This document shows, one piece after another, positions 45,771 to 55,206 of a stretch of 64,000 nucleotides of DNA. Numbering within the stretch: the stretch's first letter is position 1; every line of letters starts with the position of its first letter. The stretch lies in the sequence record OR677401; one strand, given 5' to 3'. Source of the DNA: Escherichia phage LQ5. Both the position numbers and the translations under genes were made by a program. A model generated the notes under the pieces. That model saw nothing but the letters and a program-made list of their open reading frames with translations, searched no databases and had not been told where the DNA came from.

Positions 45771-48482
45771 ATGCAAGAATTCTATTTGACAGTCGAACAA
45801 ATCGGTGATAATATTCTCGAACGTTACATCGATAAAAATGGTAACGAACGTAGTCGTGAAGTTCCATACAAGCCTACAATGTTTATGCATGCTAATCCAG
45901 AGCAAGCCGTAAAATACATTGATATCTATGGTAAGGGTTGTGTTAAGAAAGAATTCGACTCTATGCGTGATGCATCCCAATGGATGAAACGTATGGATGA
46001 TATGGGCCTCGAAGCCCTGGGTATGGACGACTATAAATTAGCCTATTTGTCTGATACCTATCGTAAAGAAATCAAATATGATTCTTCTAAGATTCGTATT
46101 GCTAACTTCGACATCGAGGTAACATCTCCTGATGGATTCCCTGAACCAGCTCAGGCTAAACATCCTATCGATGCCATTACCCACTACGACTCGATTGACG
46201 ATAAATTCTATGTATTCGACCTTTTAGTTTCGCCTTATGGTACTGTTGAAGAGTGGTCGATTAAAATCGCTGAGAAACTCCAAGACGAAGGTGGTGACGA
46301 AGTTCCACAGGAAATCATTGACAAAATCGTTTATCTTCCGTTTAATTCTGAAGAAGAAATGATGCTTGAGTACTTGAATTTCTGGCAACAGAAAACTCCT
46401 GTGATTTTGACTGGATGGAACGTTGAGTCGTTTGACGTACCGTACGTTTATAACCGTCTGAAAAATCTGTTCGGTGAGAACACTGCTAAGCGATTAAGCC
46501 CACATCGTAAAACTCGTGTTAAAGTTATTGAGAACATGTACGGTGCTCGTGAAATCATTACATTGTTCGGTATCTCTGTTCTGGATTATATCGACCTCTA
46601 TAAAAAATTCAGCTTCACCAACCAGCCTTCTTATTCTCTGGATTATGTTTCTGAATATGAATTGAAAGTGGGTAAGTTGAAATATGATGGTCCAATCTCT
46701 AAGTTACGTGAGACGAACCACCAACGATATATTTCCTATAACATTATCGACGTATATCGTGTAGTGCAGATTGATATGAAGCGTCAGTTCATTCTTCTGA
46801 GTTTGGACATGGGTTATTATGCCAAGATGCAGATTCAGTCGGTGTTCAGTCCAATTAAGACTTGGGACGCTATTATCTTTAATAGCCTTAAAGAGCAAGG
46901 CAAGGTAATTCCACAAGCTCGTTCACACGTGGTTCAACCTTATCCCGGTGCTTTCGTTAAGGAACCTATTCCTAACGCTTACAAATATGTAATGAGTTTC
47001 GACCTTACATCTCTGTACCCGAGTATCATTCGACAAGTGAATATAAGCCCAGAGACCATCGCAGGGACATTCGCTAACGCACCGATACATGAATATATTG
47101 CCGGAACAGCTCCGCGTCCTAGCGACGTCTACAGTTGCTCTCCTAACGGCATGATGTACTATAAAGACCGCGATGGTGTGATTCCTACAGAAATCACCAA
47201 GGTGTTCTTACAACGTAAAGAACATAAAGGTTATATGCTTGCAGCTCAACGTAATGGTGAGTTAATTAAAGAAGCATTAGAAAATCCTAATCTCTCGGTT
47301 GATAGTCCACTGGATATCGATTATCGTTTTGACTTCTCTGACGAAATCAAAGCCAAGATTAAAACGCTGTCAGCACCTTCTTTAAGAGAAATGTTGTTCA
47401 GAGCTGAACGTACCGAAGTTGCAGGTATGACTGCTCAGATTAACCGTAAGTTGCTTATCAACTCCCTTTATGGTGCACTTGGTAACGTATGGTTCCGTTA
47501 TTACGACCTCAGGAACGCAACTGCAATCACATTGTTTGGTCAAATGGCCCTCCAATGGATTGAACGTAAGGTTAACGAATATCTGAATAGCGTGTGTAAG
47601 ACTGAAAACCAGAAGTTCGTGCTCTATGGTGATACTGACTCCATTTATGTTAAGGCGGATGCAATCATCAATAAAGTAGGCGAAGACAAATTCCGTGATA
47701 CTAACCACTGGGTTGACTTCTTAGATAAATTTGCACGTGAACGTATGGAACCGGCTATTGATGCAGGCTTCCGTGAGATGTGCGAGTACATGAACAACAA
47801 ACAGCACTTGATGTTCATGGACCGAGAAGCTATCGCAGGTCCTCCACTTGGTTCTAAAGGTCTTGGTGGATTCTGGACAGGTAAGAAACGTTATGCACTG
47901 AACGTTTGGGACATGGAAGGTACTCGTTATGCCGAACCGCACTTGAAAATCATGGGTCTCGAAACCCAGAAATCAAGTACACCTAAAGCAGTTCAGAAAG
48001 CTCTGAAAGAATGTATCCGTCGTATGCTTCAGGAAGGCGAGGCCTCTTTGCAAGAATATTTCAAACAGTTTAATAAGGAATTTAACGAACTAAACTATGT
48101 AAGCATTGCAGCAGTATCCAGTGCTAACAACATCGAGAAATATAATGAAGGTGGATTCCCGGGTTCTAAATGTCCATACCACATCAAAGGTTGCTTAGCT
48201 TACATGCGTGCTTCTGCAGGTGATTTGACTATGCCTCGTATCGTTGATGGTGAAAAGGTATATGTACTGCCACTTAAAGAAGGCAACCCGTTTGGTGAAG
48301 CTTGTATGGCATGGCCGTCAGGTATTGAACTTCCGGTTCAGATTCGTGACCAAGTCCTCCGTTGGATGGACTACAACGTACTGTTCCAAAAGACCTTTAT
48401 CAAACCTCTGACCGGTTTTACTGAGTCTGCTAAAATCGACTACGAGAAAAAAGCAACATTATTTGATATGTTCGACTTTTAA
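45771..48482 (+). CDS. 43: DNA polymerase gp43 (family B)
   Basis: 903 aa, collinear with recalled T4/RB69 gp43 incl. exonuclease FDIEVT and polymerase YGDTDS motifs; uninterrupted. Confidence 0.97.
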   Translation: MQEFYLTVEQIGDNILERYIDKNGNERSREVPYKPTMFMHANPEQAVKYIDIYGKGCVKKEFDSMRDASQWMKRMDDMGLEALGMDDYKLAYLSDTYRKEIKYDSSKIRIANFDIEVTSPDGFPEPAQAKHPIDAITHYDSIDDKFYVFDLLVSPYGTVEEWSIKIAEKLQDEGGDEVPQEIIDKIVYLPFNSEEEMMLEYLNFWQQKTPVILTGWNVESFDVPYVYNRLKNLFGENTAKRLSPHRKTRVKVIENMYGAREIITLFGISVLDYIDLYKKFSFTNQPSYSLDYVSEYELKVGKLKYDGPISKLRETNHQRYISYNIIDVYRVVQIDMKRQFILLSLDMGYYAKMQIQSVFSPIKTWDAIIFNSLKEQGKVIPQARSHVVQPYPGAFVKEPIPNAYKYVMSFDLTSLYPSIIRQVNISPETIAGTFANAPIHEYIAGTAPRPSDVYSCSPNGMMYYKDRDGVIPTEITKVFLQRKEHKGYMLAAQRNGELIKEALENPNLSVDSPLDIDYRFDFSDEIKAKIKTLSAPSLREMLFRAERTEVAGMTAQINRKLLINSLYGALGNVWFRYYDLRNATAITLFGQMALQWIERKVNEYLNSVCKTENQKFVLYGDTDSIYVKADAIINKVGEDKFRDTNHWVDFLDKFARERMEPAIDAGFREMCEYMNNKQHLMFMDREAIAGPPLGSKGLGGFWTGKKRYALNVWDMEGTRYAEPHLKIMGLETQKSSTPKAVQKALKECIRRMLQEGEASLQEYFKQFNKEFNELNYVSIAAVSSANNIEKYNEGGFPGSKCPYHIKGCLAYMRASAGDLTMPRIVDGEKVYVLPLKEGNPFGEACMAWPSGIELPVQIRDQVLRWMDYNVLFQKTFIKPLTGFTESAKIDYEKKATLFDMFDF

Positions 48483-48484
48483 GT

Positions 48485-48526
48485 GTTTACATACCACAAG
48501 GAACGTGGTAGTATCCTTCCTATCAA
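48485..48526 (+). promoter_or_regulatory. early-type promoter cassette variant
   Basis: GTTTACA + TGGTAGTATCCTTCCTATCAA. Confidence 0.5.
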
Positions 48527-48544
48527 CTACATGAGGAAATTACA

Positions 48545-48781
48545 ATGGAAGCTTTAATCGTTAGTGCTGGTGTTTTAGGATTCGGTTCTCTGGTTATTAT
48601 GTTCATCGGTTACTTTTTACCATGGATTCTGGCTCTTCTGCGAGGCACTCGTAGTAATGTCGGAATTTTCTTCCTTAATCTCCTGTTAGGCTGGACGATG
48701 ATTGGTTGGGTAGTGGCTTTAATCTGGGCTATCGTCGCTGAACGTAAATCAAACGCACAAATCATTATTGTTAAGCAATGA
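48545..48781 (+). CDS. imm: superinfection immunity protein Imm-like
   Basis: 78-aa two-TM protein with LLGWTMIGWVVALIWA motif; position after gene 43. Confidence 0.7.
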   Translation: MEALIVSAGVLGFGSLVIMFIGYFLPWILALLRGTRSNVGIFFLNLLLGWTMIGWVVALIWAIVAERKSNAQIIIVKQ

Positions 48782-48915
48782 AAATAATTATTTTATTTCT
48801 TATAATGACTGCCTTTACCATTTATTGGGCAGTGGCAATTCCGCCAATGATTCCGACACTAATCATCGGATGGATTATTCTTATAGCACAAATTAAGTAT
48901 AACTGTTTTAATTGA
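48778..48915 (+). CDS. small hydrophobic peptide (45 aa)
   Basis: ATG overlaps imm stop; below ORF-track cutoff. Confidence 0.45.
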   Translation: MKIIILFLIMTAFTIYWAVAIPPMIPTLIIGWIILIAQIKYNCFN

Positions 48916-48922
48916 GGATATT

Positions 48923-49423
48923 ATGAAAAAGTTAATTATCGCAATGAGTATGCTCCTATCAGGTTGTGCGGTCCAATATGGTGATGCAGTTTCGGCTGAT
49001 GAAGTTGGTAAAGCTCGTATCGCAGCTGAACAGAAACAATTCGATGGCGAAATGAAATTCCGTGCAGGTTCTGGACTTGTGTACACCCGAGCCAATAATC
49101 AATGTGGTAATAACTGTGCAAAATATGCTCAAAGGGAAATCGAATTCCAACGTGAACAAGAGTCTAAGCGTGAAGCGGTACTAGCCAAACACCAGGCAGA
49201 AATGAAGCGTCAAGATGATTTGTACAAAAAGCAGAAACTGTATGCGATGTGCGTAAACCATATCAATCTACAGATTTCCATCCACGAGGCTCGTTATTAC
49301 GAAATGCTCGAAACCGAGAGCTTCGGTAAAGCTCGTGATTATAAGAAACAAATCGATAAGCTCAAGACCAAAGCACCGGCGGCAATAAAACAGTGTATTG
49401 AAATCGGTAAAGATAAGATTTAA
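48923..49423 (+). CDS. lipoprotein
   Basis: Signal peptide with lipobox LLSGC; 166 aa. Confidence 0.6.
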   Translation: MKKLIIAMSMLLSGCAVQYGDAVSADEVGKARIAAEQKQFDGEMKFRAGSGLVYTRANNQCGNNCAKYAQREIEFQREQESKREAVLAKHQAEMKRQDDLYKKQKLYAMCVNHINLQISIHEARYYEMLETESFGKARDYKKQIDKLKTKAPAAIKQCIEIGKDKI

Positions 49424-49439
49424 GCAATACCAATTTATT

Positions 49440-49470
49440 AAAAATAGTGTATAATGTACCTACATTCACT
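49440..49470 (+). promoter_or_regulatory. promoter (TGTATAAT) overlapping palindrome AATGTA-cc-TACATT
   Basis: Read directly upstream of the sugar-activation operon. Confidence 0.45.
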
Positions 49471-49483
49471 TGAGGAACAGATA

Positions 49484-51157
49484 ATGAAAAAGGTTGTTAT
49501 TTTAGGCGCGGGTCTTGGCTCACGGTTGTATCCAATTACCAACGAAATCCCGAAGGTACTGGTTAACTACAAACAACATACTGTATTAAAACATTTGTAT
49601 GATTTGTATAGTAATCAATCAGATGAAATTATTCTGGTTATTCACAGCAAATTTAACGACCTCGTTAAAGGCTATATTAAATCCATTAACATGATTAATA
49701 GTGATAAGCCCAAATTCACTATTCGTAACGTTGATGTTGCCAATGGTTCGGCTCATGCTATCGATTGCATTGCCGAAGATATCATTGGGCACAATGTCTT
49801 GTTTAACTGGTGTGATATTATTCCTGAAGGTCATAAAGTTGAGTGGGATAACGACTACTGTTATACCTATGGGACTGACTGTCGTTTTACATTTGAAGAA
49901 CCGTACTTGCGTGAAATTGGTACCGGTGGTGGTGTGGTTGGTTTGTATCAGGTTGCTAATTGGACAGGCTTCAACCGTTCTAATTATGGCGAAGACCTTG
50001 CTGATAACCTGGATTCGATGGTCCATTTGACCGAACGTAAGCTGGACTTTGTAGTTGATGTCGGTGACAAATTGAAACTGGCTAAGGCCCATGAAGATTC
50101 TGAAATTAACCGTGAATTTAATAAATTAGAGTTCACTGAGAATCTAGCTATTAAAGTACCTACAAACGAATTAGGTAAAGAAATCCAATCTAAAGAAATC
50201 AATTGGTACAATTCTATTGATTCTGAATTCGTTCCTAGCATTGTAGACTTTGCTCCAGGTGAATTCATTAAAATGGAACGTATCTTTGGTCGAACCATGG
50301 CAGATGCCTACCGGTTTATGTCTAAAGAAACTAAAGTCCTAATGGTTTATAAGGTTATTAGTGCATTACGTTCGTTCGGTGGAACTATCGATAATCCGTC
50401 CGATGAGCAATGGTATTCTGATGTTAAGAAAGAAGTATTGGACAAGGTCCTTATTCGTAATGCTTCTATTGCCGGATTGATTGAAGGCTTTGCTCCACAG
50501 GGTATTACCCATGTTAACGACTTCAAGGTAGGCGACCCAGAAAAACTTCTTCGTCACGCCTTAGAAATTCTGTCTGAACATAAAGAACCGTACCAACTTA
50601 TTCATGGCGACCCGCACTACAGTAATATTATGTTGTCGGACGAAGGTAATATTAAAATCATCGACCCACGTGGTTATTTTGGTAATAGTTCTAAAGGCCC
50701 TGCGATTTATGATGAAGCTAAGGTGCTTTATTCTATCGATGGTTATGACAAATTTAACTCTGACCCTCTATGGGGCGGATTAACTCGTAACGGAACTCGT
50801 GTATTCGTTGATATTGAAAAGGTTATGCCTTTAGATGATATTCCGATGTGTACATTTAAGCACAAGCTCTGGATTGCCGTTATTTGGATGGCATTGGCAG
50901 GTTACTTTAAAAATAACCCTCTGAAAGCTCTGGGCGCTTATTACAATGGGCTATATCAACTGAGTGTGCTGCTGAAGCGGCATCCTCGTAAGCGTAAGCT
51001 TATCACAGGTGAATTCGTTGATGAAGTTCGCGACCCTATCACGGCTCAAATTATCACTCGTTGTCCTGATAAGTGGGTTTTGCTTGACCAAGAAACTGGT
51101 GTAAAATATAAACCTACAGGTTCTACCGAACTCCACAAACAATGGAAGAAAATTTAA
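49484..51157 (+). CDS. bifunctional sugar-1-phosphate nucleotidyltransferase / APH-fold sugar kinase
   Basis: N-terminal ILGAGLGSRLYPIT..PKVLV; C-terminal HGDPHYSNIM ... IIDPRG kinase catalytic loop; ATG 49484. Confidence 0.7.
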   Translation: MKKVVILGAGLGSRLYPITNEIPKVLVNYKQHTVLKHLYDLYSNQSDEIILVIHSKFNDLVKGYIKSINMINSDKPKFTIRNVDVANGSAHAIDCIAEDIIGHNVLFNWCDIIPEGHKVEWDNDYCYTYGTDCRFTFEEPYLREIGTGGGVVGLYQVANWTGFNRSNYGEDLADNLDSMVHLTERKLDFVVDVGDKLKLAKAHEDSEINREFNKLEFTENLAIKVPTNELGKEIQSKEINWYNSIDSEFVPSIVDFAPGEFIKMERIFGRTMADAYRFMSKETKVLMVYKVISALRSFGGTIDNPSDEQWYSDVKKEVLDKVLIRNASIAGLIEGFAPQGITHVNDFKVGDPEKLLRHALEILSEHKEPYQLIHGDPHYSNIMLSDEGNIKIIDPRGYFGNSSKGPAIYDEAKVLYSIDGYDKFNSDPLWGGLTRNGTRVFVDIEKVMPLDDIPMCTFKHKLWIAVIWMALAGYFKNNPLKALGAYYNGLYQLSVLLKRHPRKRKLITGEFVDEVRDPITAQIITRCPDKWVLLDQETGVKYKPTGSTELHKQWKKI

Positions 51158-51516
51158 TGCATCTGTGTTTTGATATCGATAATACCATTACTCACTGGCA
51201 AGATGACCGTGATTACGAAAACTTTAAACCGGACACCGAAATGGTGTCCATGATTAATAAGCTTTATGATGAAGGGTACGAGATTACCTTGTTCACTGCC
51301 CGTGGTATGACTTCATGCGGCCCGGGTCGAATCTTGGTTGAAGTAGTTCCTGCATTAGTTAAGAACCTTGAAAAGATTGGATTGAAATATCACAATCTGC
51401 TTACACATAAGCCGAGTTATACTTTTATCATCGATGACCGAGCAATCCGTCCTGACCACTTTAAAGAAATGGTTCGTGAAGGAACTCTTGAAACCTATAA
51501 GGCATATCATCCGTGA
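51157..51516 (+). CDS. HAD-superfamily phosphatase
   Basis: DxDxT motif FDIDNTIT near N-terminus; ATG 51157 overlaps upstream TAA. Confidence 0.65.
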   Translation: MHLCFDIDNTITHWQDDRDYENFKPDTEMVSMINKLYDEGYEITLFTARGMTSCGPGRILVEVVPALVKNLEKIGLKYHNLLTHKPSYTFIIDDRAIRPDHFKEMVREGTLETYKAYHP

Positions 51517-52049
51517 AACCAAAAATCATTGTTATCGACGGCCCGGATAATTCCGGGAAGTCTACTTTAATTGAATCACTTTTATCTGATAAGAAATATC
51601 GTCTTATCGATTTCCCTAAAAAGATTAACGGCAAATGCATTTCATTAGGGACTGATAATGACAAGGCTTTAGTCGAGACGTTGTATAAGTTTTTAGACCC
51701 TAATTTTGTCTACATCTTAGACCGTGGGTATCCTAGTAATATTGTTTACTCTGGATTCCTTCGTGGTGAAATGGACCCTTATGTAGAATTAGCAGATTGG
51801 ATTGATTTCAAAAAAGAATTCAATATCATTGAGATTATTTTAACCCGTAATCCATTAGATGAAGACTTTGAAGATGACCTTATTAAATTAACCAAAGATG
51901 AGTTCAACCTAACTATCCAGCAATATGAAACATGTTTTGAAAACGTGTTTAAAATCTTAAATCACGACGGCCATAATAACTTGCTTAACGTCGATATGGT
52001 AGAATTAAAACGTCTGAATGAATATATTGAAAATAAGGTGAATAAATGA
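51513..52049 (+). CDS. P-loop nucleotide/nucleoside kinase-like protein
   Basis: Walker A IVIDGPDNSGKST; probable GTG start overlapping upstream stop. Confidence 0.55.
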   Translation: MKPKIIVIDGPDNSGKSTLIESLLSDKKYRLIDFPKKINGKCISLGTDNDKALVETLYKFLDPNFVYILDRGYPSNIVYSGFLRGEMDPYVELADWIDFKKEFNIIEIILTRNPLDEDFEDDLIKLTKDEFNLTIQQYETCFENVFKILNHDGHNNLLNVDMVELKRLNEYIENKVNK

Positions 52050-52744
52050 AACACATTACCGCTGTTAGTTTTGAAAACGCGTTTAAGCAAATGAACGAAG
52101 AAATCCTGGAAGCTCCACAGTTTGCAGTTGATTCTCGTATCGGCCGTTGTTATGAAATTGGTTCTGCTTCGGTAGAAGTACTGGATGCAAGCACCTATAA
52201 ATTCACCGACCCTCGTATTAATCGTATCAACTATGATTATGCCGAATCCTTTTGGAAGTTTATGATTTCTGGTGGTACTGACGCTGCTGAAGCATTTAAG
52301 GAATATCCTAATGTTGCTAAGTTCATTGATAAGCCGAAAAGTGACGTATTGCCTGCAAACTTCAACACTTTCTATGGACCTCGAATTGTGGCCCAACTCC
52401 CGGCCCTACTTAAAGAGCTTAAAGAGAAGCCTAACTCAAGACGAGTTGTGTTCCAAATTCTCCAAGAACAAGACCAGGCCCTCCTTGATTCTGACGAATC
52501 CTTAGAATACCCATGTACCGATTCGGTGACATATTATATTCGTGATGGACGTCTGTATGCACATACTCATATGCGTTCACAGAACTGTGCTATCGTTATG
52601 CAGCTGGATTTCTATCTGCAGGGTAAACTGATGGCCTTTATTGCTGAACAGTGTGGTGTTGGTCTGGGTACGTATTCCCATACTATGGTTAGTGCACACG
52701 TATTTGAACGTGATTTTGACTACGTTCGAGGATTCCTGAAATGA
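52046..52744 (+). CDS. 42: thymidylate-synthase-family pyrimidine hydroxymethylase (gene 42 position; divergent)
   Basis: Core PCTDSVTYYIRDGRLYAHTHMRSQN parallels recalled T4 gp42 FMCTNTVQYLIRD...NMRSND. Confidence 0.6.
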   Translation: MKHITAVSFENAFKQMNEEILEAPQFAVDSRIGRCYEIGSASVEVLDASTYKFTDPRINRINYDYAESFWKFMISGGTDAAEAFKEYPNVAKFIDKPKSDVLPANFNTFYGPRIVAQLPALLKELKEKPNSRRVVFQILQEQDQALLDSDESLEYPCTDSVTYYIRDGRLYAHTHMRSQNCAIVMQLDFYLQGKLMAFIAEQCGVGLGTYSHTMVSAHVFERDFDYVRGFLK

Positions 52745-53634
52745 GTTTGTTTATCGTTCCTATTTTCAGTATGCGTAGTTACGAAACAGGTGAATATGCC
52801 GTCCTTAAGGACGGTAATTTTCAACTCCATTTAAACCGTGCTTGCCCAGGTGATTATCTGGCTTATCCTAGAAATTCGAGCGATATCAAAGAATGCATTG
52901 AATTATTTCCTGAACTGAATTTTGTACCGCTTTGGTATAAAGAAAATGCTTATGAAACTCGTAAACATTTTTGGTCTGAAAACGAGTTCGTTGTTGATTC
53001 GTTAATCGAATACTATGACTGCTCAGGATTGGTAACCGATATCACAGGTTATGATGGCACTCAGACTGTACAATTCAACTTTAACATTACAATGGACCCT
53101 GAAGTTCCTCGTTATTATATCGACGAGTTTATTGATACCGACGTGTCCTCAGTTGAACGTTCGATTTATACCACAGTCCTGAATCAATGTCAGAAAGACG
53201 TCCTGGTGTCACGAGGTGCGTCCTCTGATAAGATTTTTGTAGACCAAAAGGTAATTAATCCGGCAGTAATTGAGCGTTACTCTGAAGGCCTAGCGCCTAT
53301 TAAAATTGATGGTATTTTCCACCCATTCCGTATTTCGGATAAGTGTTATCAATTCGAAAGAGTTGTAGACCAAGCTGCGGCTGAAGGTGCTCGTCTTTAT
53401 ATCACCGACCCGAATGATTCATTTAAGCGTGAAGACTATCGTCCTGATGTAGAGATTATTAAATTCAAACCGAGTAAGGTTGAATATTATCAGATTCTGA
53501 AATCAAGACCTCATATCATTTATCATGAGAATCCCGGTTTAGTATTCCATCCTGGTCTGGCTGAATTCATTTATTTCGGTGCCCATATCCATTCTGAGCA
53601 CGAAATGCCAAGTTATGAGGACGTGGTCCTTTAA
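52741..53634 (+). CDS. uncharacterised protein in the beta-glucosyltransferase position; putative DNA sugar transferase
   Basis: 297 aa, coupled to hydroxymethylase; no similarity to recalled T4 beta-gt. Confidence 0.5.
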   Translation: MSLFIVPIFSMRSYETGEYAVLKDGNFQLHLNRACPGDYLAYPRNSSDIKECIELFPELNFVPLWYKENAYETRKHFWSENEFVVDSLIEYYDCSGLVTDITGYDGTQTVQFNFNITMDPEVPRYYIDEFIDTDVSSVERSIYTTVLNQCQKDVLVSRGASSDKIFVDQKVINPAVIERYSEGLAPIKIDGIFHPFRISDKCYQFERVVDQAAAEGARLYITDPNDSFKREDYRPDVEIIKFKPSKVEYYQILKSRPHIIYHENPGLVFHPGLAEFIYFGAHIHSEHEMPSYEDVVL

Positions 53635-53649
53635 CGCTGTAAATGTGAA

Positions 53650-53660
53650 GTGATATAATT
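53650..53660 (+). promoter_or_regulatory. promoter-like extended -10 (TGATATAAT) upstream of uvsX
   Basis: Read directly. Confidence 0.35.
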
Positions 53661-53711
53661 ACCCTATCTTAAAACGTGAGTAAAATATAATGATGCCTAT
53701 GGAAAAATATA

Positions 53712-54884
53712 ATGTCTGATTTAAAATCCCGTTTGATTAAAGCTTCTACTTCTAAAATGACTGCCGACCTGACCAAATCTAAATTGTTTAATGGTCGTGA
53801 CGAAGTTCCTACTCGTATCCCTATGCTGAATATTGCATTAGGCGGTGCGTTGAATGCAGGCTTACAATCAGGTTTGACAATCTTTGCTGCTCCATCTAAA
53901 CACTTTAAAACGTTGTTTGGACTTACCATGGTTGCGGCATATATGAAGAAATATCCAGACGCAATTTGTTTGTTCTACGACTCTGAGTTTGGTGCTTCAG
54001 AATCTTATTTCCGTTCGATGGGTGTTGATTTAGAACGTGTGGTTCATACACCAATCCAGTCAGTCGAACAGCTTAAAGTTGATATGACCAACCAATTAGA
54101 AGAAATTACTCGTGGCGAAAAGGTTATTATCTTTATCGACTCTATCGGTAACACTGCTTCTAAGAAAGAAACCGAAGATGCTTTGAACGAGAAAGTTGTA
54201 GGTGATATGACTCGTGCTAAATCACTGAAATCTCTGTTCCGTATCGTAACACCTTATCTGACCATCAAAGATATCCCTTGTGTAGCAATTAACCATACGG
54301 CTATGGAAATTGGTGGAATGTACCCTAAAGAGATTATGGGTGGTGGTACTGGTATTCTGTACTCTGCTTCTACCGTGTTCTTTATCTCTAAACGTCAGGT
54401 TAAAGATGGTACTGAGCTCACTGGTTATGACTTCACACTGAAGGCCGAGAAATCTCGTACGGTTAAAGAGAAATCAACGTTCCCGATTACAGTGAACTTC
54501 GAAGGTGGTATCGACCCATTCAGTGGATTGCTTGAAATGGCTACTGATATCGGCTTTGTCGTGAAACCTAAAGCTGGTTGGTATAATCGTGCATTCCTTG
54601 ACGAAACCACAGGTGAAATGGTTCAAGAAGAAAAAGCATGGCGTGCTAAAGCTACCGATTGTGTCGAGTTCTGGGGACCGCTGTTTAAACATGCCCCGTT
54701 CCGTGAAGCAATCGAGAATAAGTATAAGCTCGGTGCAATTAATTCTATTAAAGAAGTTGACGATGCAGTGAACGACCTTATTAACTCTCGTGTCTCTAAG
54801 AACGTTGCTGTTAAATTAGGTGGTAATGCCCAAAGCGCCGCTGATATCGAAAACGATTTAGAAGAGATGGATTTAGATGACTGA
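53712..54884 (+). CDS. uvsX: recombinase UvsX (RecA-like)
   Basis: 390 aa, strong match to recalled T4 UvsX (MSDLKSRLIKASTSK, GEKVIIFIDSIGN, MGGGTG). Confidence 0.95.
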   Translation: MSDLKSRLIKASTSKMTADLTKSKLFNGRDEVPTRIPMLNIALGGALNAGLQSGLTIFAAPSKHFKTLFGLTMVAAYMKKYPDAICLFYDSEFGASESYFRSMGVDLERVVHTPIQSVEQLKVDMTNQLEEITRGEKVIIFIDSIGNTASKKETEDALNEKVVGDMTRAKSLKSLFRIVTPYLTIKDIPCVAINHTAMEIGGMYPKEIMGGGTGILYSASTVFFISKRQVKDGTELTGYDFTLKAEKSRTVKEKSTFPITVNFEGGIDPFSGLLEMATDIGFVVKPKAGWYNRAFLDETTGEMVQEEKAWRAKATDCVEFWGPLFKHAPFREAIENKYKLGAINSIKEVDDAVNDLINSRVSKNVAVKLGGNAQSAADIENDLEEMDLDD

Positions 54885-55206
54885 TTTATCTGATTTAGAT
54901 AATTTTGTTAAAGATACCGAAGAGGGTCCTAGTGACCCTCGTTATTATGAGAAATCATTAGATATAATCCGTAAGTCAATGGGATCGGTTAAGCAGGAAA
55001 TTATGCTTACTTTACCCGATGGCACTGCTCACATCGTTTATGTGATGAATATTGTTATTGAGAAAGATGGAAAAGTGTCGGTTGATTTCGGAACACCTTC
55101 CGAAGACCGAAAAGAAGAGCTGGCGCTTCATGTAGAAAAATGTGTTACAATGCAAATACAAGAAGAACTGGATAAAATTAAATCTAAGAGGTGGTGGAAG
55201 TGGTAG
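54877..55206 (+). CDS. 40: gp40-like head vertex assembly chaperone (synteny)
   Basis: 109-aa ORF between uvsX and 41. Confidence 0.55.
   Translation: MTDLSDLDNFVKDTEEGPSDPRYYEKSLDIIRKSMGSVKQEIMLTLPDGTAHIVYVMNIVIEKDGKVSVDFGTPSEDRKEELALHVEKCVTMQIQEELDKIKSKRWWKW

Noticed and set aside
45771-48482. Intron or intein interruption of the DNA polymerase gene
   Set aside because: The reading frame is continuous and collinear with the T4/RB69 polymerase from MKEFY-type N-terminus to FDMFDF C-terminus; no insertion.
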